The notes under the pieces are model-generated. The model searched no databases. It was given only the letters and a program-made list of their open reading frames with translations, and was not told where the DNA came from. DNA of 64,000 nucleotides from positions 294,294-358,293 of the forward strand of contig CALSPH010000002.1 in NCBI GenBank assembly GCA_943788195.1. Direction: 5' to 3'. Origin of the DNA: an uncultured Bacteroidia bacterium (GTDB lineage Bacteria > Bacteroidota > Bacteroidia > NS11-12g > UBA955). How positions within the stretch are numbered: position 1 is the first letter of the stretch; every line of letters starts with the position of its first letter. The position numbers were made by a program, and so were the translations under genes. Of this stretch, positions 48,633-59,071 are shown one piece after another.

Positions 48633-50813
48633 CTAATCACTCTGCAAATGATCTTCAAAATACTGGGTAATCTTGCCCATGAGATGCAACCGATCTTTAC
48701 CTCTTACATTATGCGGATGGCCGGGATATACAAAATAGTCCAAGTTAATGTTGTTGGCATCTACAGCAGATTTAACATACAATAAACTGTGCTGCCAAAG
48801 AACCACCGGATCATCCGTTCCATGTATCATCAATAGACGCCCTTTAAGGTTGCCTACGTATTGCAGTAAACTATTCTTAGCAAAACCTACATCATTCTCC
48901 TCAGGGGTGTCCATATAGCGTTCTGTGTACATGATTTCGTAATAGTTCCAATCAATCACTGGTCCTCCTGCTACACCTACTTGATAAGCCTCTGGATGCC
49001 GAGTCATTAAACTTGTCGTCATAAATCCACCAAAACTCCAGCCATGCACTCCCATTCTTGTGGTATCCACATAATGAAGTGACTTTAAGTATTGAACACC
49101 TGCCAGTTGATCTTCTAATTCTAAGTCCCCTACTTTGGCATGAATGGCACTCTCAAATTCAAAACCACGGTTCTTACTCCCTCGGTTATCCATCGTAAAT
49201 ACGATGTACCCTTTTTGAGCCATCATTTGCATCCAGTAATTGGAACCTCCCAAAAATCGATTGGTGATCATTTGTGCATGCGGCCCACCGTAGACATAGG
49301 TTATAACTGGATACTTCTTGGTTGAGTCAAAGTTTGGAGGTGTAATCATACGGCTGTAAAATTCCGTTCCGTTCGCCTTGATTTTGAATATGCGGGTATT
49401 TCCCAATTTATAATCAGCCAAAGGGTTCTTTGCATTATGTAAAATTTTCTTAATTTCCCCATCCACATCAATAATTTGTGTACGATTGGGAACATCCATG
49501 CTACTGAACATATCAATCCAAAGCGTAAAATCTTCATTGGGTATGCAGTAATGATTTCCGCTCTCTTTCGTTATAGAACTGGTGGTTTCATTCACTGCAT
49601 CAACATGATAATAGTGAGTTTCTAAGGCACTCTTTTTTGTAGCCGTAAAGTAAAGTTCCTTTACTTCTTTGGTTAAATATGGCAGGTCCTTATCTTGGCC
49701 CACGATACCCGTTACCATCCAATTCCCTTGGGTAATCTGCTTTTTCAGTTTCCCGTTTTTGTACAAATAAATGTGATTGAATCCATCACGCTCGCTTTGC
49801 CAATAGTAACATCCTTCTTCCCCATTCTGATATAATGCAGGGTTTTCAGGTTCAACATATCTGCTATCGGTTTCTTTAAAATGTGTTTTTACCTTTGCTC
49901 CGGTAGCTCCATTATACTCCTCCAGCTCCATTTTATTTTGTGCTCGATTTAAACGCGCAATCAATACATTCTTTTCATCCGGTGTCCAAGCGATATTCGT
50001 GAGATAGGTTTCTGGGTCTCCACCCGTTTTTAAATAAACTGTGGTTCCATTCTTCACGTTATAAACACCTACCGTCACATGATGACTTTTAGCACCTGCC
50101 ACAGGATATTTTATGGTTCTCATAGAGGCTGGGGTATCTTTCAAGTTGTAAATGGGATAATCGGTTACCATCGTTTCATCCATCCGATAAAAAGCTAAAC
50201 TGGAACCATTTTTACTCCAAAAAAGACCACCCATAATGCCAAACTCATTTCGATGTACTGCCTGGCCATATACGATTCCTTTACCACCATCTGCGGTTAC
50301 TTGTGAAGCCGCTTCATCCAAGTGCTTTACGAATATATTGTCATCTTTAACATAAGCTAGGTTTTTGCTCTTACGGTGAAAATCCATCGCTTGAGCGGAA
50401 GGGAAAGTCATAAATTTTGTCGCTTTTTTGGTTTCCAAATTGTAGTGGTATTCCACTTTTTTATGGATAAACGACATGGTATTCTTATCCTCAAATGTGA
50501 TTCTTGGCAAACTTTTTAGAGTGTCTCCAATTCCTAGTGCAGCTGCATTTGCAAAGGCTTTAAAATCAAAGGTGGTATCTGTAGTCTTTGCATCCACATT
50601 ATAAAAGATCAATTTATTCCGTTGATCTGGTTGAACGTAAAAAGCGGTGTTCGTTCCTTTTACCCAACCCATTTGAGATAAGCGTTGCGGCCTTAGGCTT
50701 CTGTTTAAAACTGCATCGTTAAGAGTTAATTGTTTGTTCTGTGCTTGAGTGGAGCCAGCTATGCTGAGCAACATAATTGCACAAATTGCAGTAATGTGGT
50801 TTCTTATTTCCAT
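48633..50813 (-). CDS. S9B dipeptidyl/prolyl tripeptidyl peptidase (DPP IV family)
   Basis: HRNEFGI, YPVAG, VYGGPHAQ, GWSFGGFMT, YTERYM, HGTDD.V, YPGHPHNV. Confidence 0.94.
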   Translation of the reverse strand: MEIRNHITAICAIMLLSIAGSTQAQNKQLTLNDAVLNRSLRPQRLSQMGWVKGTNTAFYVQPDQRNKLIFYNVDAKTTDTTFDFKAFANAAALGIGDTLKSLPRITFEDKNTMSFIHKKVEYHYNLETKKATKFMTFPSAQAMDFHRKSKNLAYVKDDNIFVKHLDEAASQVTADGGKGIVYGQAVHRNEFGIMGGLFWSKNGSSLAFYRMDETMVTDYPIYNLKDTPASMRTIKYPVAGAKSHHVTVGVYNVKNGTTVYLKTGGDPETYLTNIAWTPDEKNVLIARLNRAQNKMELEEYNGATGAKVKTHFKETDSRYVEPENPALYQNGEEGCYYWQSERDGFNHIYLYKNGKLKKQITQGNWMVTGIVGQDKDLPYLTKEVKELYFTATKKSALETHYYHVDAVNETTSSITKESGNHYCIPNEDFTLWIDMFSSMDVPNRTQIIDVDGEIKKILHNAKNPLADYKLGNTRIFKIKANGTEFYSRMITPPNFDSTKKYPVITYVYGGPHAQMITNRFLGGSNYWMQMMAQKGYIVFTMDNRGSKNRGFEFESAIHAKVGDLELEDQLAGVQYLKSLHYVDTTRMGVHGWSFGGFMTTSLMTRHPEAYQVGVAGGPVIDWNYYEIMYTERYMDTPEENDVGFAKNSLLQYVGNLKGRLLMIHGTDDPVVLWQHSLLYVKSAVDANNINLDYFVYPGHPHNVRGKDRLHLMGKITQYFEDHLQSD

Positions 50814-51403
50814 TGAAAAGTATTGATTAAATGCTCTATATCCTCTTTTACGAACTGATATACAGGCAAAATGCTATCGGGAACTGTTTTCTTGTTAAAG
50901 TACAATGCAGCCCTAAAAAAATGCTTGGAACTATCAGTAAGATAAAAATTTAAATTGGTTGCTGTGTTGCCTTCAATGAGATACATATTTCCGTAAATAT
51001 GATCTGCTTCCCTACTCATTTCTATCGTTTGAATATCATCTGCCTTAAAAGAATGCTCAAAGGCCAATCTCCGAGTTTCTTCCCGCAAATCATCTAAGTC
51101 TTTCATATTATTAAGTGATGAATAGCTAAGGTGCAGTGTAGCATTAAATGGAGTGAAATTTAGATTTTTCCAATATCGCTCATCGCTATTCACGGTAAAC
51201 TTACTCTCTTGAGTAGAAACCAACTTGCTGTAGACAGGCTGCTCAAACTGATAAGGTAAACCCTCCTCAGTTAACTTATATTCATGCTCTGGGTAAAAAA
51301 TGCGCGGATAAACTGGTGGCTTGGGCACTTGAACATCGCTGTTGCAAGCGCAAACCAATATTAAAAGGATAATTAGCTTATTTGCCGTCTTCAGATGACC
51401 CAT
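50804..51403 (-). CDS. gldD: Gliding motility lipoprotein GldD
   Basis: Lipobox VCAC, PKP..YPRI..P, EH..KA..I, GNTATNLNFYLTDS.KHFFRAALYF, DSILPV. Confidence 0.9.
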   Translation of the reverse strand: MGHLKTANKLIILLILVCACNSDVQVPKPPVYPRIFYPEHEYKLTEEGLPYQFEQPVYSKLVSTQESKFTVNSDERYWKNLNFTPFNATLHLSYSSLNNMKDLDDLREETRRLAFEHSFKADDIQTIEMSREADHIYGNMYLIEGNTATNLNFYLTDSSKHFFRAALYFNKKTVPDSILPVYQFVKEDIEHLINTFQWK

Positions 51404-52703
51404 TAATCTCTAGTTTAATTCTATTTAGTTTTCTGTTATTGGCACTTTCCACAGTAAAAACCAGGTTTTCATGTTTGATCTCCTCGCCCTTAACAGGTAT
51501 TGATCCAGATATTTCCATTAACAAACCAGCCAAGGTATCTGCCTCATCCGCATGTTTACCAAATATCGAAACGTCCAATTTAGCAATGGCACACACGTCC
51601 ATTAACATCGTCTGGGCATCAAAAATAAAACGGTGTTCGTCCAGCTTAGAATAATTGATATTGACTTCATCAAACTCATCCATTATTTCGCCAAAGACTT
51701 GTTCTAAAATATCTTCCATGGTAACCAGGCCTTCTGTACCGCCAAACTCGTCCACTACGATAGCCATGTGAATTCGTTTCTCTTGAAACTCTGCCAACAA
51801 ATCATCGATACGTTTTTTCTCTGGAACAAATAATGCAGGCCGGATCAGTTTTTTCCAGTCAAAATCTTCCTCCGCATCTGCATGCTGCAGTAAATCTTTT
51901 ACATAAATAATTCCTTTAACATCATCCATGTTTTCGCCAATGACCGGGACCCGTGAGAATCCTTTTTCATTTGCAAAACGGAGGACATTAAATGAAACTT
52001 CATTGATATCTAATGCTTCAATTTCTGTGCGCGAAGTCATAATCTGACTAGCAGATAAACTGCCGAATTTTATGATACTTTTTAGAATTTCTTTCTCCTC
52101 TTTAGGCGCTTCCTCGTCAGAGGTGATATCAATGGCATGGGTAAGCTCATCGATACTCACATTATTGATTTGCTTTTTAAACCGGTCATCCAAAACGGTT
52201 GTCATACGCACCATAATCCCGACAACAGGACTCAACATTTTACTCAAAAACAGAAGAATGGGCGAAACCTTCACCCCAAAACTAACATTGTTTGCTGTGG
52301 CATAAATCTTGGGAATTAATTCCCCGAATACAAGCAACAGAATAGTTTCTGCTAAAATTTGGACTAACTTTTTACTAAAGTCAGAACCAAGGGTAATATA
52401 TCGCTCGATAAAACGCGCAGCGATTAAAACAAAGGCGACATTTACCGTATTATTCGTTAATAAAATAGTTGCCAATATTCTTTTTGGCATCTCAAGAACT
52501 CGATTCAGTTGCGTTTTTGGTTTTCCCTCATCAAGTGATTCTACTTCTGACCTTGATATGCTATAAATTGCACTTTCTGACCCTGATATTATTGCTGAAA
52601 AAAGAAGAAGAACAATTATTGCAACGAGCGATAGCACCAAGCTCAAAACATCAATTTGGAGCGGTGCTAAAAAAATGAACGGTTCACCTGCAATATCTGT
52701 CAT
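51378..52703 (-). CDS. gldE: Gliding motility-associated CNNM/CBS protein GldE
   Basis: SGSE.A, FGELIPK.YA, FSRVPV, AIVVDEFGGT.GLVTMED; ssb-gldE-gldD synteny. Confidence 0.9.
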   Translation of the reverse strand: MTDIAGEPFIFLAPLQIDVLSLVLSLVAIIVLLLFSAIISGSESAIYSISRSEVESLDEGKPKTQLNRVLEMPKRILATILLTNNTVNVAFVLIAARFIERYITLGSDFSKKLVQILAETILLLVFGELIPKIYATANNVSFGVKVSPILLFLSKMLSPVVGIMVRMTTVLDDRFKKQINNVSIDELTHAIDITSDEEAPKEEKEILKSIIKFGSLSASQIMTSRTEIEALDINEVSFNVLRFANEKGFSRVPVIGENMDDVKGIIYVKDLLQHADAEEDFDWKKLIRPALFVPEKKRIDDLLAEFQEKRIHMAIVVDEFGGTEGLVTMEDILEQVFGEIMDEFDEVNINYSKLDEHRFIFDAQTMLMDVCAIAKLDVSIFGKHADEADTLAGLLMEISGSIPVKGEEIKHENLVFTVESANNRKLNRIKLEINGSSEDGK

Positions 52704-52710
52704 TGGTTGA

Positions 52711-53181
52711 TTAGAAAGGAAGGTCGTCTTCCATTTCGTTATGCGAATTATTCAAATCGTTTGAACCTGCAGTTTCGGTTTTAACAGGACTTGATTGTGG
52801 AGCTTGACTACGCTCTACGTTACCACCATCATTCGTAGTTGAAGGCCTTCCACCCAGCATTTGCATGGATCTGGCACGTATTACAACACGAGATCTTGGC
52901 TCATTGGTATCTTTAGTAGTCCATTTTTCTGTTTTTAGCTGGCCTTCTATATAGACTGAGTCGCCTTTCTTTAAGTATTGCTCGGATACTTTAGCAAGGG
53001 CATCCCATAATTCAATATTATGCCATTCGGTATTAGTTACTTTCTCACCTTGCCGATTGGTATACGTTTCACTAGTAGCAATGGAAAAATTTGCAACTGC
53101 TCTTTGATTGTCTAAATATCTTACCTCAGGATCTTTACCTAAATTTCCGATTAGTATTACTTTGTTAACTGCTCCTGCCAT
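52711..53181 (-). CDS. ssb: Single-stranded DNA-binding protein
   Basis: VNKVILIGNLGKDPE, TEWH, YIEG.L, C-terminal DDLPF. Confidence 0.98.
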   Translation of the reverse strand: MAGAVNKVILIGNLGKDPEVRYLDNQRAVANFSIATSETYTNRQGEKVTNTEWHNIELWDALAKVSEQYLKKGDSVYIEGQLKTEKWTTKDTNEPRSRVVIRARSMQMLGGRPSTTNDGGNVERSQAPQSSPVKTETAGSNDLNNSHNEMEDDLPF

Positions 53182-54173
53182 GCTTTTATCATTTTATTCA
53201 TTAGTTGGTGGGTTGGATAAGCGCTTCCTATCTCTCCCAACGCTACTTCAAATATACCTTTATTTTGGCTCAATCTTGAAGGTATTTTATTTACTTTCCA
53301 CAACTTTGCCTCAATGCGTTGATGGCTTAATTGATGCTGAAAAGTCCCAATCAGCGTAGCATTACTTTCAACTTTTGAATTTACCGATTCCTCCATTGGA
53401 AATTCATATAAATTTTGCCAAATTCCTTTGCTATTTCTATGCACAAGGGATAGCTGATCTTGATTTTGGCTTAAGTAATAGTTGAAATATTTTTGACTTA
53501 CTTTAGTACGTGTTGATTTGAACGGGATTCTGTTAACAAGTCCCTCCTTTTTCGCTTGGCAATTCATGGCAAGGACACAACTATCGCACTTGGTGAGTTT
53601 AGGGGTACATATTTGCGACCCCATTTCCATAATGGCTTGATTGAAAAGGTCTGGTTTAAACCCTTGGATTTCTTCTTGAACATAGGTGTTGATGCTGCGT
53701 AAGGTTGCCCCTTTATTAACTGGCTCCTGAATGCCTAGGTAACGTGAAACCAAACGAATGACATTGCCATCCACCACCGCCACCGATTCTTCAAAAGCAA
53801 AAGATGCGATTGCAGCCGCAGTGTATGGACCAATACCAGGAAGTTGAAGCAATTGAGCATAGGTTGAAGGAAAAAAACCACCAAAATCTCGCTGTACTAA
53901 CCGAGCGCATTTATGCATATTTCTTGCCCGCGAATAGTACCCCAAGCCTTGCCAAAGTTTTAGTATATCGGTCTCTTCTGCATTCGCAAAACCGTTTAAG
54001 TCAGGATAATGCTTTATGAATTTCTCATAGTAAGGCAACCCTTGAGATACTCTTGTTTGTTGCAAAATAATTTCAGATAGCCATATCCGATATGGATCCT
54101 TGGTTTCACGCCAAGGCAGACTTCGCCCATTTTCAGAATACCAGCCAATTATTTCATTTGAAAAAAAGCTCAA
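53157..54173 (-). CDS. mutY: A/G-specific adenine glycosylase
   Basis: LPWR, SEIILQQTRV, WQGLGYYSRARN, LPGIGPYTA, VDGNV, 4Fe-4S CTPK..KCDSC...NC. Confidence 0.96.
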   Translation of the reverse strand: MSFFSNEIIGWYSENGRSLPWRETKDPYRIWLSEIILQQTRVSQGLPYYEKFIKHYPDLNGFANAEETDILKLWQGLGYYSRARNMHKCARLVQRDFGGFFPSTYAQLLQLPGIGPYTAAAIASFAFEESVAVVDGNVIRLVSRYLGIQEPVNKGATLRSINTYVQEEIQGFKPDLFNQAIMEMGSQICTPKLTKCDSCVLAMNCQAKKEGLVNRIPFKSTRTKVSQKYFNYYLSQNQDQLSLVHRNSKGIWQNLYEFPMEESVNSKVESNATLIGTFQHQLSHQRIEAKLWKVNKIPSRLSQNKGIFEVALGEIGSAYPTHQLMNKMIKAWQEQLTK

Positions 54174-54249
54174 GATATTTATTATTTATTTCGTTAAAAA
54201 CATTATTTATTTGCAGTTGTTCTAATAAAGATTAAAATCTACAAACATT

Positions 54250-54552
54250 ATGACTAAGGCAGATATTATAAACGAAATAAGCGAAAAAACTGGAATTGAA
54301 AAAGTGGTGGTTACACAAACCATAGAAACTTTCTTTAAATCCATGAAAGGAAATATGGTTAAAGGAAACAATATTTATTTCAGAGGCTTTGGTTCATTTA
54401 TACTGCAGCACAGAAAAGCAAAAATTGGAAGAAACATTACTAAAAACACTTCAGTGGTCATCGATGAACATTTTATTCCAAAATTTAAACCTTCAAAAGA
54501 TTTTATTGAAGCAGTAAAATCAAGCGAAAGTGTTAAATCTAAACTAAAATAG
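54250..54552 (+). CDS. HU/IHF family DNA-binding protein
   Basis: MTKADII..IS.KTG, YFRGFGSF, GRNI.KN, IPKFKP. Confidence 0.92.
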   Translation: MTKADIINEISEKTGIEKVVVTQTIETFFKSMKGNMVKGNNIYFRGFGSFILQHRKAKIGRNITKNTSVVIDEHFIPKFKPSKDFIEAVKSSESVKSKLK

Positions 54553-54565
54553 TTTCCTTTGTCTT

Positions 54566-55360
54566 GTGAAAGCGAACAAGACCAAAATATCAATAATAAT
54601 ACTGTCACTTTTTCTAGTGGCAGTTTTTTTTTATTTAAAAGGGCGAAACACAGATACAGCAACCATCTTGCCTAGAACTGAACCAATTGGACACTCGAAA
54701 GCCAAACCATTAGATGAAACCAAATGGTATCGCGTTGCGTATCAAGAGGCTAACGACAGTTTAAAAACCCTAATACAAAACAGTCCCATTCGTGCTGAAG
54801 CTAACCCTGCCAATAAAACAGCTTACCAAAGCATTTTGGCGAAAGCACTTTCTACCGACAATTTTGTTATTGCGGGATTTGCTCAAGAAAAAATTGCCGA
54901 ACTGAATCGCACTGATACAAACTACATGATTGCGGCAGATTTGTTTATTCTGGAAACGGAAAAAGGCGAAGATCCGGATAAGTCAAGGTTTGCATTAGCT
55001 AAAGCAAAACAACTCTATCTAAAAGCAACTGAATTGAACCCAAATAATATACTGGCGAACAACAAACTTGCCGTTTCAATCATACAATTAAATGAAGACC
55101 CTCCAATGGTTGGAATTGGGTATATTAAGAAGAGCTTATCAATTGACAGTAATGATTTGAGCACCAACCTTTTGTATGGTCAACTTTTGCTCATGTCAGG
55201 TCAAAACGAAAAAGCTATTAAAGTTTATAATAAATTAGTAAATTTGCAGCCCTCTAATGCAGAGTTTCTATTTAAGTTGAGCGACATTTATGGTCAACTT
55301 GGTAATACACAAAAGGCAAAAGAGTTTTTAGATAAAGCAAAGAATTTAAACCAACCATAG
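54566..55360 (+). CDS. Tetratricopeptide-repeat protein with N-terminal membrane anchor
   Basis: Hydrophobic N-terminus; TPR helices (KATELNPNN, PPMVGI, SGQNEKAI, GNTQKA). Confidence 0.8.
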   Translation: MKANKTKISIIILSLFLVAVFFYLKGRNTDTATILPRTEPIGHSKAKPLDETKWYRVAYQEANDSLKTLIQNSPIRAEANPANKTAYQSILAKALSTDNFVIAGFAQEKIAELNRTDTNYMIAADLFILETEKGEDPDKSRFALAKAKQLYLKATELNPNNILANNKLAVSIIQLNEDPPMVGIGYIKKSLSIDSNDLSTNLLYGQLLLMSGQNEKAIKVYNKLVNLQPSNAEFLFKLSDIYGQLGNTQKAKEFLDKAKNLNQP

Positions 55361-55362
55361 AT

Positions 55363-55452
55363 ATGCCAAGCGGTAAGAAAAGAAAAAGACATAAAATTGC
55401 TACCCACAAGAGGAAAAAACGTCTAAGAAAAAATAGACATAAGAAGAAATAA
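55363..55452 (+). CDS. 30S ribosomal protein bS22 (mS38/COX24/AURKAIP1-like), 29 aa
   Basis: Below cutoff: MPSGKKRKRHKIATHKRKKRLRKNRHKKK, directly upstream of rng. Confidence 0.85.
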   Translation: MPSGKKRKRHKIATHKRKKRLRKNRHKKK

Positions 55453-55478
55453 TTCTTCCTATTTAGCAATCCATTAAT

Positions 55479-57041
55479 TTGAGTAAAAACTTATTTATCA
55501 ATGCAAGTAAAGACACAATAGAGGTCGCTCTTGTCAATGATAAAACATTGTTAGAATACCATAAATTCCCCAGGAACAATGTGCTTTCTGTAGGTGACAT
55601 TTATATGGGCAAGGTAAAAAAAGCTATGCCCACTTTAAATGCTGCTTTCGTAGCTATCGGTGCTGAAAAGGACGCCTACCTGCCATACTTGGAATTAGGT
55701 CCGCATTTCAACTCCGTAAATAAACTGATGCGAATGGGTGTTTCTGGGTTCAAACTGGACAACAGGCTAAATCGCTTTAAACCAGAATCATTGCTTGAAA
55801 AACAAGGTAAGATTGCGGATGTATTAAAAAAGAATCAAAGTGTAATTGTTCAAATCAGTAAAGAGCCCATTTCTAATAAAGGGGCAAAAATAACTACTGA
55901 TCTTTCTTTTGCCGGAAGATTTCTTGTTCTACTCCCTTTCTCAAGTAAAGTTAATATCTCGAAAAAGATAGGGAACCCTGAAACGAAGAAAAGACTTCGC
56001 GAACTGGTCAAAGAGATTAAGCCCAAAAACTTTGGACTCATTATTCGAACCGTTGCTGAAGATGCCGCAGACAATGATGACATCAGAGCAGACATGGATG
56101 AATTGCTAAAAAAATGGGATACCTTCTATACCAATTTAAAAAGCGCTGAACCCACCCGAAAATTACTATCTGAAGACAATCGATTGCGCTCTCTTTTGCG
56201 CGATATGATTAACGAAAGTTATTCGCAAATTGTTTGTAATGACGAATCCATTTACAATGATATCAAGAGCTATTTTAAAGCCATTGATCCATCTAAAGAG
56301 AACCTCATTAAGCACTTCACTAATAGTAAGGAACGCATATTTGACCATTATGGAATCACCAAGGCCATAAAAGCATCCTTTGGCAAAACAGTACCTGTTG
56401 CAAATGGACCCTATTTAGTAATTGAACATACTGAGGCGCTTCATGTTATAGACGTAAATAGTGGTAGATCAAAACAACCTGACAAAGGCCGTGAAGAGAA
56501 TATCGTTGAAATAAATAAGGAAGCGGCAAAAGAGGTAGCACGCCAGTTGCGTTTGAGAGACATGGGTGGCATCATTGTTATTGATTTTATTGATTTGAAA
56601 GCTCCTAAACACCGCAAGGATGTTTTGGAAACCATGCAAAAAGCAATGTCTGCTGATCGGGCCAAACATACCATTCTGCCGATGACCAAGTTTGGTCTGA
56701 TGCAAATTACCCGAGAGCGTGTAAGACCAGAGGTGGTAATTTCTACTACGGAAACATGCATTACTTGTAATGGTACAGGAAGAATGGAGAATTCGGTATT
56801 AATTGTAGACAAAATAGAGAATGATTTGGAGTACATAATCCAAAATCAAAATCAAAAAGGATTAATTGTTACGGTGCATCCTTATATTTATGGTTACCTG
56901 AAACATGGATTCATGAATTTATGGAGAAAATGGCAGTGGAAGCTTAAAAGCAAAATGACTTTGTTGAAAAATGACAAGCTAAACCTAAACCAATACTCGA
57001 TAGAAAACAAAGAAGGTGAAGCCCTTGTCTTAACTGAATAA
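55479..57041 (+). CDS. rng: Rne/Rng family ribonuclease
   Basis: VGDIYMGKV..LNAAFV, KEPIS.KG, IEHTEALHVIDVNSG, RQLRLRDMGGIIVIDFID, C..C.GTG. Confidence 0.94.
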   Translation: MSKNLFINASKDTIEVALVNDKTLLEYHKFPRNNVLSVGDIYMGKVKKAMPTLNAAFVAIGAEKDAYLPYLELGPHFNSVNKLMRMGVSGFKLDNRLNRFKPESLLEKQGKIADVLKKNQSVIVQISKEPISNKGAKITTDLSFAGRFLVLLPFSSKVNISKKIGNPETKKRLRELVKEIKPKNFGLIIRTVAEDAADNDDIRADMDELLKKWDTFYTNLKSAEPTRKLLSEDNRLRSLLRDMINESYSQIVCNDESIYNDIKSYFKAIDPSKENLIKHFTNSKERIFDHYGITKAIKASFGKTVPVANGPYLVIEHTEALHVIDVNSGRSKQPDKGREENIVEINKEAAKEVARQLRLRDMGGIIVIDFIDLKAPKHRKDVLETMQKAMSADRAKHTILPMTKFGLMQITRERVRPEVVISTTETCITCNGTGRMENSVLIVDKIENDLEYIIQNQNQKGLIVTVHPYIYGYLKHGFMNLWRKWQWKLKSKMTLLKNDKLNLNQYSIENKEGEALVLTE

Positions 57042-57071
57042 GCTCCTATTTCTTTCAAATACGCGATCATC

Positions 57072-57100
57072 ATGACCTGGTTTCTTCGGTCATTTTTTTT
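57072..57100 (+). terminator. Probable rho-independent terminator after rng
   Basis: ATGACC-loop-GGTCAT followed by a T tract. Confidence 0.55.
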
Positions 57101-57172
57101 GTATCCGTTTTTCAATGAGCGTATAAAAGTTTGTATTTGGCAAAACAAAAACGAAAAATAATAAAAACTAGC

Positions 57173-57997
57173 ATGAAAAAATTACTATTACTTGCCATTC
57201 CTCTATCCATGATGATAGCTTTTGGCGCATGTAAAAAAGAAAAAACAGAGCCAGGTACTGATGACACTACGGGTGGAAGCGGCGCTTCAAACGGGCTTGT
57301 AGTGGAGCAAGTTAACAATTCATTAATCACTAAAGCTACAGCTACATGGTGCGGTCCTTGTGGAGCTTGGGGCTGGACATTATACAATGATATCATTACA
57401 TCAAACAAAACTTCTGCTAAATTTATCAGTCTTTATGCCAGCACAAGTTCTAGCTGGGACAACAATCTTTTCTATACCGCTGATGCAGCTGTTTTAGCGC
57501 AAGCCTTTGGTATTAAAGGATATCCAACTATGAGTACAAATGGTGTTAACACCATGGAGTATTCTTCAAGCGGTGGTATATATACCGCTCAATCAAAGAC
57601 AAATACAGACAATGCAGCATCTGCTCATAAAAGTGCTACTGTAGTTGCAAACTCAAATCATAATTTGACTATTGATGGATCAACAGCCAAGGTTAAAGTT
57701 ACCACTAAATTCTTTGAGGCAGGAAGCGGAGATTATTATATTGCTGCATACTTAACTGAAGATAAAGCAAAAAATAGACAAGCTAGTCAAACTGGTGTGG
57801 TTGAGCATCATCACGTTTTTAGAGCTTCATTTGCTACTGCTTGGGGTACAAAAATCAGCAACACAGGAGCAAATGGAACGGAGAATTTTGACTTTGAAGT
57901 TGCTATAGACAACTCTTGGGTTAAGGCTAACCTTGAAGTAGTAACCGTGATTTATAAGAAAAATGGTGCGAAATACGAATTTGTTAATGCGTATTAA
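57173..57997 (+). CDS. Omp28-related lipoprotein with thioredoxin-like CGPC, paralog 1
   Basis: Lipobox FGAC, TATWCGPCG, GYPT, YYIAAYLTED, HHHVFRA, W..ANLEVV; start ATG 57173. Confidence 0.85.
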   Translation: MKKLLLLAIPLSMMIAFGACKKEKTEPGTDDTTGGSGASNGLVVEQVNNSLITKATATWCGPCGAWGWTLYNDIITSNKTSAKFISLYASTSSSWDNNLFYTADAAVLAQAFGIKGYPTMSTNGVNTMEYSSSGGIYTAQSKTNTDNAASAHKSATVVANSNHNLTIDGSTAKVKVTTKFFEAGSGDYYIAAYLTEDKAKNRQASQTGVVEHHHVFRASFATAWGTKISNTGANGTENFDFEVAIDNSWVKANLEVVTVIYKKNGAKYEFVNAY

Positions 57998-58014
57998 AAC
58001 ATCCGAATAATATT

Positions 58015-58046
58015 AAAAAGCCCTTCCAAATGGAAGGGCTTTTTTT
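58015..58046 (+). terminator. Rho-independent terminator
   Basis: AAAAAGCCCTTCCA-AA-TGGAAGGGCTTTTTTT. Confidence 0.88.
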
Positions 58047-58205
58047 ATAAATACAGATTTCACTTATTCCGCTATAAATCGAGTGTTTACTTTACATGCA
58101 ACAAGAATTTAAAAATAATTTCAGTCATTTTTCTGCAAGATGGTTTTTCTTAAGAAGAAGAATAGGTACATTTGAAGGAATTAAAAAAATTAATAACAGT
58201 AAAAT

Positions 58206-59054
58206 ATGAAAAAATCGTTACTACTTGCCATTCCTTTATCAATGATGATAGCTTTTGGCGCTTGTAAAAAAGAAAAAACAGAGCCTGCTAATGACACTAC
58301 TGGTGGAAATTCAGGCCCAGCTGCCATTGCAGCTACCCAACAATCTACTATCTTTTATATGTCAGGTAACTGGTGTGGACCATGTGGTTTATACGGAGCG
58401 CCTGCAAAAAAAGCCATGAATACTAAACATGGAGATAAAGTAAATATTATAGCTTGCCAATTAAATGGTTCTGGTGCTACAGATCCTTTAAATAATGCTA
58501 ATGCAAATTCACTAGCAGGTGTATTTGGAGTAAGTGGTGTACCAACTGCGTATATCGTTGCCAATGCTGAAGGATCAGCAGTAAATGGAGGATCAGCAAT
58601 GCAAGCTAATATGGATGCTGCGATTCTTGCGGATGTTGGTGTGTCTGATGTAATTGCTAATATGGCGATTGAAAACGTTAAATTAGATGGAACAAATCTA
58701 TCTTTTGATACACGAACTAAATTCTTTAAGTCTTTAACAGAAGAATACCGATTAGCTGCTTACGTTATGGAATCCGGAATTGCTGGGAGACAATATTCTA
58801 GTGGTTCAGGATGGGCTGATTACAATTTTAACGATGTTCTTAGAAAAAGTGTTACTTCATTGGTAACTGGCGACAAATTGATCACAGGTCCAGCCGCTGA
58901 TCAAGAATACCCAAAATCAATGACTACATCAATCACAAGTACATGGAATGCTGCAAACTTGAAAGTTGTTCTTGTTCTTTGGAGAGCAGTTCCAAACTCT
59001 TCAGGTGGTACTACAGTAGCAGTAATAAACTCAGTTTCTGCATCAGTTCAATAA
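58206..59054 (+). CDS. Omp28-related lipoprotein with thioredoxin-like CGPC, paralog 2
   Basis: Lipobox FGAC, GNWCGPCG, GVPT, YRLAAYVME, DVLRK, WNAANLKVV. Confidence 0.85.
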   Translation: MKKSLLLAIPLSMMIAFGACKKEKTEPANDTTGGNSGPAAIAATQQSTIFYMSGNWCGPCGLYGAPAKKAMNTKHGDKVNIIACQLNGSGATDPLNNANANSLAGVFGVSGVPTAYIVANAEGSAVNGGSAMQANMDAAILADVGVSDVIANMAIENVKLDGTNLSFDTRTKFFKSLTEEYRLAAYVMESGIAGRQYSSGSGWADYNFNDVLRKSVTSLVTGDKLITGPAADQEYPKSMTTSITSTWNAANLKVVLVLWRAVPNSSGGTTVAVINSVSASVQ

Positions 59055-59071
59055 GTAGAATAACAATACAT

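Noticed and set aside
55272-55469. 65-aa hydrophobic minus-strand ORF
   Set aside because: Antisense shadow of the Lys/Arg-rich bS22 gene.
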